Shown in pieces: positions 50,943 to 59,648 of a stretch of DNA of 64,000 nucleotides (the first letter of the stretch is position 1; each line of letters opens with the position of its first letter). Under the pieces are notes generated by a model, which saw nothing but the letters and a program-made list of their open reading frames with translations, was not told where the DNA came from and made no database searches. The stretch is taken from NCBI GenBank assembly GCA_963693055.1, contig OY843751.1, positions 3,552,001-3,616,000 on the forward strand, read 5' to 3'. This stretch comes from a bacterium. GTDB lineage: Bacteria; Zhuqueibacterota; Zhuqueibacteria; Residuimicrobiales; Krinioviventaceae. Made by a program: the position numbers and the translations under genes.

Positions 50943-52373
50943 CTATTCAATCTGTCCGGGTACACTAAAATCTTTAGAGGCATCATCCAGCACCAGTACC
51001 CAATCATTACCTTCTGCCATTTCACCCGGAGGATCAAAGCTATGGCTTCCACGGTTATCCAGTTCGCCAATCAACTCGGCTTTACCATCACGGGGATTAT
51101 ACCACCATGCCTTTACTTTATCACCGGAAATTTTCCCAAGTGCTACATCAAAGGCACGTCCAGTATAGGTATAAAATACCGCATAACTATTACCGCGAGT
51201 TGCAATGACATAATCATATTTTTCACCGTTTTCACCGGCAACCAGTGACTGATCAGGAACACGATCAAAATACGGACGAGACAAGAACAAATTCTTAACG
51301 TACTGCATTTGTCCGGCACCGGGATCATTTATAGCTTCGTACCAGTATTCTTTTGCTCCATATGATGCTTTGGGGTATTCGGGCTTGTGCATCTGCATGA
51401 CCGAACTGTTTCCATATGAATGCCCGCAAGCGCCCGCGCAAACATCCCACCAGGCATAACGGCGTGCGTCTTTGGCTTCCCAAAATGGCTCATTGGGATC
51501 ATGAAGTCCCTGTGGTATGCCTTCATAAGAGGGTTCACCATCCAATGTGGGCTTGACAGGTTTTAAATCATAGTCATTTTTGACATAACGCCAGCTGTCT
51601 TCGCCCCAGGGATTGGAACCATCATCATTCTGGTCATATCTTCTGTGACCGGATTGAAACATGTTAAAATCAAGCCAGGATTCATTATGGAACCAGGTTG
51701 ACGAGTTTGCACGTCCAAACGGATGAAAAGTAACCAGATGGTTCGGATCTTTGGTTTTGAATATGGTTCCCATAGTATTCCATACATCCATACCGTCGGT
51801 GCCTTGAATATCTCCACCAGTAATCCAGATGATATTGGGTTTATCTTTGTAACGTTCTACAAGGAAATTGGCATAGGGTTCAATATTACTCATATTGATC
51901 TTGCCGGATTTGACAATACTGCCCCAGCTAGCAACCATACCAATGTAAATATCGTTTTCCGCTGCCTTGTCAACAATATAATCCACATGGTCCCAGTAAT
52001 CATAAGCTTTTGGATCTGCCGGGTCATTGCCCGGGGTTACATTGGGTTTTGAAGGATCTACATCAACAAAAGCACTGTCACCAAAAGTGTTAACCATGGG
52101 TAACCCGTGCAGCACCATGATCTGAATGACATTATATCCCTTTTCTTTGCGATTTGTGATAAATGTATCAGCTTCGGTACGGTCCAGTCTGCGAAAGGCC
52201 AGCCATCCGGTATCTCCCAACCAGAAAAACGGTTTGCCGTTTTCAAACTGCAAAAACCTTCCATTTTCTGAAACAACCAGATTTCCATTGTCCCAGGGTT
52301 TCATTTTGGTGGTTTGAGTACCGGAACACCCAACCAGCAATGCGAGGAACAACAACAAAAAGAGTTTTTTCAT
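50943..52373 (-). CDS. GH140 apiosidase (DUF4038 + C-terminal beta domain), lipoprotein
   Basis: Lipobox LVGC; VSENGRFL..GKPFFWLGDTGW, YWDHVD, IWITGGD, TFHPFG, WLDFNMFQSGH, DGEPSYE, WWYNPRDG, NDWVLVLD. Confidence 0.88.
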   Translation of the reverse strand: MKKLFLLLFLALLVGCSGTQTTKMKPWDNGNLVVSENGRFLQFENGKPFFWLGDTGWLAFRRLDRTEADTFITNRKEKGYNVIQIMVLHGLPMVNTFGDSAFVDVDPSKPNVTPGNDPADPKAYDYWDHVDYIVDKAAENDIYIGMVASWGSIVKSGKINMSNIEPYANFLVERYKDKPNIIWITGGDIQGTDGMDVWNTMGTIFKTKDPNHLVTFHPFGRANSSTWFHNESWLDFNMFQSGHRRYDQNDDGSNPWGEDSWRYVKNDYDLKPVKPTLDGEPSYEGIPQGLHDPNEPFWEAKDARRYAWWDVCAGACGHSYGNSSVMQMHKPEYPKASYGAKEYWYEAINDPGAGQMQYVKNLFLSRPYFDRVPDQSLVAGENGEKYDYVIATRGNSYAVFYTYTGRAFDVALGKISGDKVKAWWYNPRDGKAELIGELDNRGSHSFDPPGEMAEGNDWVLVLDDASKDFSVPGQIE

Positions 52374-52415
52374 CCCTTTACTCCTGTTTTATATAAATCT
52401 TAATAATTCTCTACA

Positions 52416-54443
52416 CTAGCGATTAACCGGCAGCCATACCGACATATCGCCTTTGCCTCGGTTGCCCCAGGCAAAATAGGGTACCAGACAGATTTCCAAA
52501 TCATCCGGAGCATCATCAGAAATAGGCCGGTAAAGTTCATTCCATTCCGGTTCGTTTACAGATAATGCCTGACCTTCAAGGCATACAATGGTCTGCTCTT
52601 CTATTTTTTTGACATTAGGTACCAGTTCAACATCTTCTGGCAGCAGAATATCTGACACATTCACGCCCTTGGGCAGGTCTGCAGATTCCAGGCAATACAC
52701 AACCGGTCCGCGTTGCACGGCAACCTGATTGCGTGTTTCTTCAACCAGCGGATTTGCTTGCATGAGCATTGCAGGCATGGGAAAATCCAGTTCAATGCGG
52801 TCGCCCTTTTTCCACTGACGTGTGATCTCGGTATAACTGGAAGGTACCGTTTTTGTATCTACAGATTCACCATTGATCTGAAGCGCTGCTCCCGTTGACC
52901 ATCCCGGTATCCGCAGCATGATAGAAACAGGTCCGGTTGGCACTTTTTCAACAGAGATGTTAATTTTCCCGTCCCATGGATAATCTGTTTTCTGCACCAA
53001 TCGGATTTCTGATCCATTTTCTAATTCTGTATCTATTGTATTAGCTCCATATAAATGCACCCATACACCTTTTTCAGAGATGCTGTATGCATAGCTGTTA
53101 ACCTCTGCAACGGTTCTGACTACATTTGGCGGACAGCAAAAGCAGGATATATAAGGTTCACGTTCACGTGACCAGCGCAATTCAAAAGGAGTGCGATGAT
53201 CTACCCGCAAAGGATTGGTATAAAAATAACCTTTTCCATCCAGGCTGATGCTGGACAATACACTGTTGTAAAGTGCAAGTTCAAGCACATCTGCAAATCG
53301 TGCCTCGGCAGTGGCGTTCAGCATTCTCCAATTCCATAACACATTACCAATATTGGCGCACGACTCATTATGTGCGGTTTCGTTATGAAGTTGAAATTCT
53401 CTACCATATGCCTGATGCACCTGTTGAATCTCGGGGGGACTGTATGATGTACCATCCGGTGAGACACCATCATAAAGCGCACCACAGCCACCGGTAATAT
53501 ACATCTTTGTGTTGACCATATCGTGCCAGATCAAGTCCAGCGTTTTTAACAGGGTCTCATCTCCGGTTTCCGCATAAACATCCGCAACACCGGCATATAG
53601 ATAATTTGCACGCACCGCGTGCCCCTGAGCTTTTGTCTGTTGCCTGAACGGTACACGGTCCTGATTGTGATCGGTACCGTTTTCAACATACTTGCGGATC
53701 TCTATCAGGCTTTCTGCCAACTCTAAATATCTCGGTTCTTTTGTGGTGCGGTACATTTCAACAACACCCATATAATGAGAGGGACAAATGGCGTTTCTGG
53801 CAAGTTCGGGGGTTGAATTTTTATAAAAATCGTATAGGAAATCCGTAGCACGGATAGCAATTTCTAACAGACTCTTTTTTCCGGTTACACGATAATGAAC
53901 ACATGCGGCGGTCATGAGATGCCCCATGTTATAGGTTTCGAAATGCAGCCGGTCAGCAAATTCGTTTACCTCGGTTTGATGATAGCGTTGCTGAATGATT
54001 ACCGGTGTATGGATATATCCATCCTCACGTTGGCATTTGGCGATAACAGGAATGAGTTCATCCATCAATCTTTCAATTTCTTTATCACCCGTTATAGCAT
54101 AAACCGTAACAGCCGCTTCAAACCATTTGTAAAAATCACCATCATGCCACGATGGCCCATCGTGTTCACCGGTATGGATTCCGGCAGCAATTAGAAAATT
54201 CTCCCAATTGTGGCTAATATCCACATCTTTGAGAATGTCCCACATGTGCGGTACCATAACATCACTGCAAACCTGAAAACGTTCAGCCCAAAATCCATCG
54301 GTCCAGGTAACATCATCCAGATCAACATTTTTCAGTTTAACATTGGGACTGTTTTCCGTATTCAGTAATCCATTACTTCCCGCCCAGAGCTGGAACGAGA
54401 GAACACATAATATATATACGATTATTTTTTTCATGTATTTCAA
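52416..54443 (-). CDS. GH127 of the aceric-acid-hydrolase type
   Basis: Signal peptide; HDGDFYKW, FETYNMGHL, NAICPSHYMG, GHAVRANYLY, HQAYG (Gln at the usual acid/base Glu), ESCAN, CFCCPPN. Confidence 0.82.
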   Translation of the reverse strand: MKYMKKIIVYILCVLSFQLWAGSNGLLNTENSPNVKLKNVDLDDVTWTDGFWAERFQVCSDVMVPHMWDILKDVDISHNWENFLIAAGIHTGEHDGPSWHDGDFYKWFEAAVTVYAITGDKEIERLMDELIPVIAKCQREDGYIHTPVIIQQRYHQTEVNEFADRLHFETYNMGHLMTAACVHYRVTGKKSLLEIAIRATDFLYDFYKNSTPELARNAICPSHYMGVVEMYRTTKEPRYLELAESLIEIRKYVENGTDHNQDRVPFRQQTKAQGHAVRANYLYAGVADVYAETGDETLLKTLDLIWHDMVNTKMYITGGCGALYDGVSPDGTSYSPPEIQQVHQAYGREFQLHNETAHNESCANIGNVLWNWRMLNATAEARFADVLELALYNSVLSSISLDGKGYFYTNPLRVDHRTPFELRWSREREPYISCFCCPPNVVRTVAEVNSYAYSISEKGVWVHLYGANTIDTELENGSEIRLVQKTDYPWDGKINISVEKVPTGPVSIMLRIPGWSTGAALQINGESVDTKTVPSSYTEITRQWKKGDRIELDFPMPAMLMQANPLVEETRNQVAVQRGPVVYCLESADLPKGVNVSDILLPEDVELVPNVKKIEEQTIVCLEGQALSVNEPEWNELYRPISDDAPDDLEICLVPYFAWGNRGKGDMSVWLPVNR

Positions 54444-54460
54444 ACCTCCGATTTAAAAAA

Positions 54461-56038
54461 TTATTCCTGAATACGGGTGAGTCGCAGTGCCATATAAGGC
54501 TTTTTCGGGAATTTAATTACCGAATGGTCTTTATCAATATAATTATAGCGGTTCAGCATTTCAACTGTATAAACTTTATTTATGGGAGTAATGGTCATAT
54601 TCCATGTATCTATCAATTCGGCTTTGAATTTCATGCCATTTTCAAGACCTTCATCCGGCAGCTTGAATTCCCATTCTTCCGGTGTGTGTTCTGCAAAATA
54701 GTAGAGATAATATTCACCATATTTACCAGCCGCATTCAGCAGATAATAGTGGTCTAATGGTTGTAGACCTTCCTGCGGACCAGACTCTACAATTTCACGC
54801 AAAAACCCAATGCGTTCTGCACTGGTTCCGCGCAACACACCACCTTCGGAAATCCAGTCGATCTTGGATTCATGCTCAATAGCCTCACCATGTGTGGCAT
54901 AAGAACCTCCGATATAGGCGATCCAGAAACGACGGGTCATTTCCTCACCGGAAAGCTGTCCCCATCGGCTGGCAATATTGCCTTCGTAATTGATCTCGTC
55001 ATTCACCAGCGGTTTTCCGTAAATATCACGGACTACCATACATACACCAAAATTACGTACTACATTATAATACTGCAAGCTGACATGGGTAACCCAGGGT
55101 TTGGTATAATCGTACAAATCACCGGCATTATGGATAGAACGGAGATGATGATACGGGTCCTTGTCTCTAACAACCTTAAAATAGTGGTCCCAATCTTCCG
55201 CAGTTAAATGCCGGATAAAGCTATTCTCGTTTGCCAGACTCCACCAGACATTACTGTACGCTCCCAATCTGGCGATAACATAACGCAGATACCGGTCATT
55301 GGTCTCGCGATCCATTGTATCGAATCCAAACTTTCCATTATCATAAGGTCTGAACAGGATCACATCCGCTTCAATACCCAATTCTCGCAGGCGTTCTACA
55401 TTCTTTTCAAACGCTTTAAAAAATGTGGTATTAAACCGAGAGAAATCCCATTTATTTTCCGGTTCTCCTTCAAAGGGAAACTCTTTGATTGCTCGGGGAC
55501 CCTCTACATAATCCTCAGTATAATTGGGTAATACCAGGAAGCGTACCTTGTTAAAGGGAGAATTCTTTAACGTTTCAAGGGTCTGGTTTTGCAGTTCAGG
55601 GGATTCAAAACACCACTGGTAGCAGGTGGTGCCGAAGGGAAAGTACGGTTTGCCATCCGCATAAGCAAAATGATACTTGTTCCGCACAACAACGGGACCA
55701 TGACTATCTGATTTGGGGGCAATACAGGTAAACTCTCCTGTCAGACCATCCAGTTCTTTTTTATTACTGTGGGTCTTGAATGTCCATTCCCCTTCCAGAT
55801 CAGGCATGAATCGTATTTTAAAAATGCCTTCTCCATCGTAAAAACCTTCCGGCTCATATACAGCATGGGTAGAATCACTGTGATGGAATTCAGCGCTTAA
55901 GGTAATACCGACAAAGGGATTGCCATAATCAGGACCGTTAAATTCCGCTTCATAAATATCCCATTTTTCTACTTTTTGTTGCTGTGCAAAAATTATGGTT
56001 GTGAATAGTAAAATCATCAATACCAGACTCTTTTTCAT
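54461..56038 (-). CDS. DUF5060-DUF4038-DUF5605 apiosidase-like putative glycoside hydrolase, secreted
   Basis: VEKWDIYE..GP..GNPF, GFYDG..IRFMP, HFAYADGKPYFPFGTTCY, SPFNKVRF, WWSLANE, SIHN, DEINYEG, IDTWNMTI. Confidence 0.75.
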   Translation of the reverse strand: MKKSLVLMILLFTTIIFAQQQKVEKWDIYEAEFNGPDYGNPFVGITLSAEFHHSDSTHAVYEPEGFYDGEGIFKIRFMPDLEGEWTFKTHSNKKELDGLTGEFTCIAPKSDSHGPVVVRNKYHFAYADGKPYFPFGTTCYQWCFESPELQNQTLETLKNSPFNKVRFLVLPNYTEDYVEGPRAIKEFPFEGEPENKWDFSRFNTTFFKAFEKNVERLRELGIEADVILFRPYDNGKFGFDTMDRETNDRYLRYVIARLGAYSNVWWSLANENSFIRHLTAEDWDHYFKVVRDKDPYHHLRSIHNAGDLYDYTKPWVTHVSLQYYNVVRNFGVCMVVRDIYGKPLVNDEINYEGNIASRWGQLSGEEMTRRFWIAYIGGSYATHGEAIEHESKIDWISEGGVLRGTSAERIGFLREIVESGPQEGLQPLDHYYLLNAAGKYGEYYLYYFAEHTPEEWEFKLPDEGLENGMKFKAELIDTWNMTITPINKVYTVEMLNRYNYIDKDHSVIKFPKKPYMALRLTRIQE

Positions 56039-56805
56039 TCTAAATCTCCGGGATCAGTAGTTACCAGCCATTTGGCAAGTGATAAATTTTGTTTATTAAT
56101 ATCTTTTGCAAACAGACCTGCCATTTCTATAGCGCCATATTCGCAAAAATGTGTATCATCCTGTTTTCCATCCGGACAGCAGGGAAACGCATCCGGGCCA
56201 AACCATAAAAACAGTTCTTTTGAACCTTCGGGACCTTTGGACACAATTATTTCTTTACTCAAAACGTGCATATCTACCAGAGGAACTTGCTGCTCTTTTG
56301 CGGTCAGACGTACCGCATCCGGATACTTTCCATGCGTATCAAAGAATTTACCTTCCTCATCAAAACGTCTGCGCATAATAGGCGTACATAGTATAGGTTT
56401 CGCTCCCTTTTCTCTGCTCTTTGCTATAAACATTTCCAAATTGGCTTTATAGGTGCCAAAAGGTGTTGTATAGCGTGTGGAATCATAATCTTTTTCATCA
56501 TTGTGGCCAAACTGGATGATCAAATAATCACCCGCTTTTATCGAATCCAATACAACTTGCCAGCGTCCTTCATCAATAAAACTTTTAGAGCTTCTTCCAT
56601 TTCTCGAATGGTTATCAATAGTCGCGTATTCATTAAAATATCGCGGCAGTAACTGTCCCCATCCACGTTCAGGATTACCGGTATCCAGGGGTTTGTCTGC
56701 CATGGTAGAATCGCCAATCATGTAAATGGTTACTGGTTTGTTGGTATCACAGGAAAAGATAACCATGCTGAAAATCATCAGTAAAAAAAGAATGTGATTT
56801 TTCAT
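56035..56805 (-). CDS. Rhamnogalacturonan acetylesterase (CE12, SGNH), lipoprotein
   Basis: IGDSTMA, GWGQ, GRSSKSF, QFGHND, DDTH; lipobox IFSC. Confidence 0.9.
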   Translation of the reverse strand: MKNHILFLLMIFSMVIFSCDTNKPVTIYMIGDSTMADKPLDTGNPERGWGQLLPRYFNEYATIDNHSRNGRSSKSFIDEGRWQVVLDSIKAGDYLIIQFGHNDEKDYDSTRYTTPFGTYKANLEMFIAKSREKGAKPILCTPIMRRRFDEEGKFFDTHGKYPDAVRLTAKEQQVPLVDMHVLSKEIIVSKGPEGSKELFLWFGPDAFPCCPDGKQDDTHFCEYGAIEMAGLFAKDINKQNLSLAKWLVTTDPGDLE

Positions 56806-56875
56806 AACAATACCTTAATTAATACACATTTTGGATGAAATCATATTATCAAAATTAAATAATCATACTATACAC

Positions 56876-59584
56876 TTAATGGGATACAATTCGTTTAGCG
56901 TCACGCTTTAATACTTTGCGGTCCATAGGAACAGCACCTAAAATAATATAGCTTCCCTTGCCTATCATTTCCACATCATACACACCCGTTTCATATTCAA
57001 AATTATGTAAATCGAGAGCCGGCAGTTCTGATATAATAGCGGCATTTCTTACGCGTGGAGCAAAGCCGCCACGTTCATTAGCGCGGGCTTCAAAATCCGG
57101 ATTAGGGACCTGCAGCCATTGAGAGTCTTTGTTCTTGAAATAACCTACCAGTAATCGTAATGGCTCATTCACTTTTATACGAAAGGTCATAACATCATTT
57201 TGGGCCTGTTTGTTGGAAAACCGGATTCCTTTTAATCCAATAAACTCGGGAGCAATGTCTTGAATTTCAAAATCCTCATCTGTAAACACCCTGGCGCCCA
57301 TTTCTACAGTATAGTACTCGCCATTGTCAGACAATAACTCGTAATCCGCATTAGGATAGGGTTCCATATCCTTGTCCGCAAATCGCAGATTCGGATCGAC
57401 CTTGCCGGATTCCAGATCAGACACATATTGTTTAAATCCTGCAAGTTCTTCTTCGTACAAGGGCAGCACCTGGGTCCAATGATAATTGTAAGGAGTACCG
57501 TCAACCTCTCCGGGAAATGGAATACGACGATGATAGGTCAACATGCTTTGGGCCATACTATAGGTATCCCGGGTTCTTTCGGTCAATTCTCTAAAATAAT
57601 CCAAACTCTTGACCAGATTCGTCTCTGCGGATTTTAAATCATGAATGTCGTTTGAGAAATCATATCGCAACACATCCATTGCTGCTTTTACTTTGTAATA
57701 AAAATTCCAGGAAAGCAATTGAATGCAAATGATATCATTTTTATACCGCTCAAACTCGTCTTTATTTCGGGTGACATATTTTTCAGCCTGTTGGATTGAT
57801 TGCATTGCCCTGTCTGCAAATTCCACTGCACCATGTATCACCGAAGGCGGTGTTTCGCCAACATGCGGTTGCTCGTTCCACTCTTTTTCAGCATATTCCT
57901 GCAAGCGTTCTCCGGGAGGTGCCTGAGAAAGCCATAAATCCGGAAACGGGCTATACGGTTCAGGATTCGCCAACTGGTCCAATGTCATACCCAGGGAAAA
58001 GGTTTGTCGATTTCCCTCGGTAATTCCAAACCGTCGCAGCAGCATAGGCGCACATTCACCGGCATCATTCAAAGCATCCAGTATATTAACTGCGGCTTGT
58101 TCACTACCAAATTTTTCTGCAAGACGTGCAATCCAATACGCTTTTTCTCCTGCTTCATCCCGCCAGGGGTTCCAGGCATAACGGGCCCAAGCCTCGTACC
58201 ACATCCAGTCCCGTTCATATTGCAGTAATTGGGGTTCTACCTTGTCCCCGGCGTAAGGCCAGTTCCAGTAAAATAATGGATAGAGATGCAAGCCCTGAGC
58301 TTCCAACCGTTCTTCCATAGCTTGTACGCTTTTTTGAATAAAACGCTGCGCTCCATAACGAAACGGTTCCAGGTTTGCCAATATATGCACATTCACAACA
58401 TGCTGCGATCCTAACCGGCTCATATCCAAATGGACCTGCCGCCAGGGACCGCGAGGTTCGGTGGTGGTCAGCGATTCACCATTATATTTTGCCATGGTAT
58501 AGAGATTTTTATATAGTGGTAATGCAGCTTCCATAATCGCTTTGGGATCTGTAGCATGCGCGCGCAATACAATGGGAGGTTCCTCTGTTTTCCCCAAAGC
58601 GTTTAATCCATCCTTCACTCCGGGGATAATTACCTTGGTAAACCATTCAACCTGATTTTCGGTACCGCGCAGTGCTTCACCTAAACAAACCAGTAATCCG
58701 ACATTGGGATATTTTTCCACAAACGCGGCAATGGATTTACGATTATAATCAGATACCAACGGACTGGGCTCTCTGTGCTGGGTATCAATATTGTGTTTTT
58801 CCGCAAAGGGTTGTGATACAAAAATATTATAAAACATTTGAATAATCCAGATACCGCGCTTGTCCGCTTCGGTTGTGATGTATTCAAACATTTCCACATT
58901 TTTTTCAAAAATCGCATCAGATACTTCAATAGCGTAAGGATACGCTTTTAATTTCACCAATGACGCAAAGGGATGTCCGTTCCACAAATAAAGTGTATTC
59001 AGTCGGTTTTCCACCATCAAATCCAGATACTCTTTCCAAAAGGATTTATCATAGAAAAACGGAAAATTCTCGGGAGTATAGGGATATTCATACATTTTGC
59101 GATCAGGCAAGATCTTGGGTTTTTGCATACCAATCACAGTACCGCGAAGCACCATGCTAGGCTGGTCTGTTACATCCAGATCGATTGGCAACGCCCCTGC
59201 GGTTTGAATACGGTTTGCCAACTCGAGGCAACCATACAACACACCTGAGGGATCCGCACCGATCACATAAATTCTATCTTTATCGGATTTGAGTACAAAT
59301 CCTTCCTTGTCGATCTCAATTTGTGAGAATGCATCATTTCCATCTGGTAAATCCGAATTATTTCGTGTACCAATAATAATGATTTTATCTTTGAACGACT
59401 GGTTACCCGTGCGGGTAACATTTGATTCAAAACCCAGTGTTTGCAAAACGGTTGTAATTTTCTCAATTCCAAAAGCAATCCGGGGTACATGTTTTTGGGG
59501 AGATACTATTGTTACAGATTCTGCTGAATAGCTGATTGAAACAGCCAATAGCAAAATCAACAATATTTTGGATTTATAAAACAT
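56876..59584 (-). CDS. GH138-like alpha-D-galacturonidase, secreted
   Basis: GH20/GH67-like N-domain GADPSGVLYG; YEYPYTPENFPFFYDK, YLWNGHPF, LVCLGEAL, IVLRAH, KYNGESLT, NVHILANLEPFRY, RRFGITEGNRQT recalled as the BT0997 pattern. Confidence 0.78.
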   Translation of the reverse strand: MFYKSKILLILLLAVSISYSAESVTIVSPQKHVPRIAFGIEKITTVLQTLGFESNVTRTGNQSFKDKIIIIGTRNNSDLPDGNDAFSQIEIDKEGFVLKSDKDRIYVIGADPSGVLYGCLELANRIQTAGALPIDLDVTDQPSMVLRGTVIGMQKPKILPDRKMYEYPYTPENFPFFYDKSFWKEYLDLMVENRLNTLYLWNGHPFASLVKLKAYPYAIEVSDAIFEKNVEMFEYITTEADKRGIWIIQMFYNIFVSQPFAEKHNIDTQHREPSPLVSDYNRKSIAAFVEKYPNVGLLVCLGEALRGTENQVEWFTKVIIPGVKDGLNALGKTEEPPIVLRAHATDPKAIMEAALPLYKNLYTMAKYNGESLTTTEPRGPWRQVHLDMSRLGSQHVVNVHILANLEPFRYGAQRFIQKSVQAMEERLEAQGLHLYPLFYWNWPYAGDKVEPQLLQYERDWMWYEAWARYAWNPWRDEAGEKAYWIARLAEKFGSEQAAVNILDALNDAGECAPMLLRRFGITEGNRQTFSLGMTLDQLANPEPYSPFPDLWLSQAPPGERLQEYAEKEWNEQPHVGETPPSVIHGAVEFADRAMQSIQQAEKYVTRNKDEFERYKNDIICIQLLSWNFYYKVKAAMDVLRYDFSNDIHDLKSAETNLVKSLDYFRELTERTRDTYSMAQSMLTYHRRIPFPGEVDGTPYNYHWTQVLPLYEEELAGFKQYVSDLESGKVDPNLRFADKDMEPYPNADYELLSDNGEYYTVEMGARVFTDEDFEIQDIAPEFIGLKGIRFSNKQAQNDVMTFRIKVNEPLRLLVGYFKNKDSQWLQVPNPDFEARANERGGFAPRVRNAAIISELPALDLHNFEYETGVYDVEMIGKGSYIILGAVPMDRKVLKRDAKRIVSH

Positions 59585-59648
59585 AAAACCTCAACTCCTT
59601 AAACATACGCTAAAATCATTATACTGAAAATCATTTATTACTCTGCAC

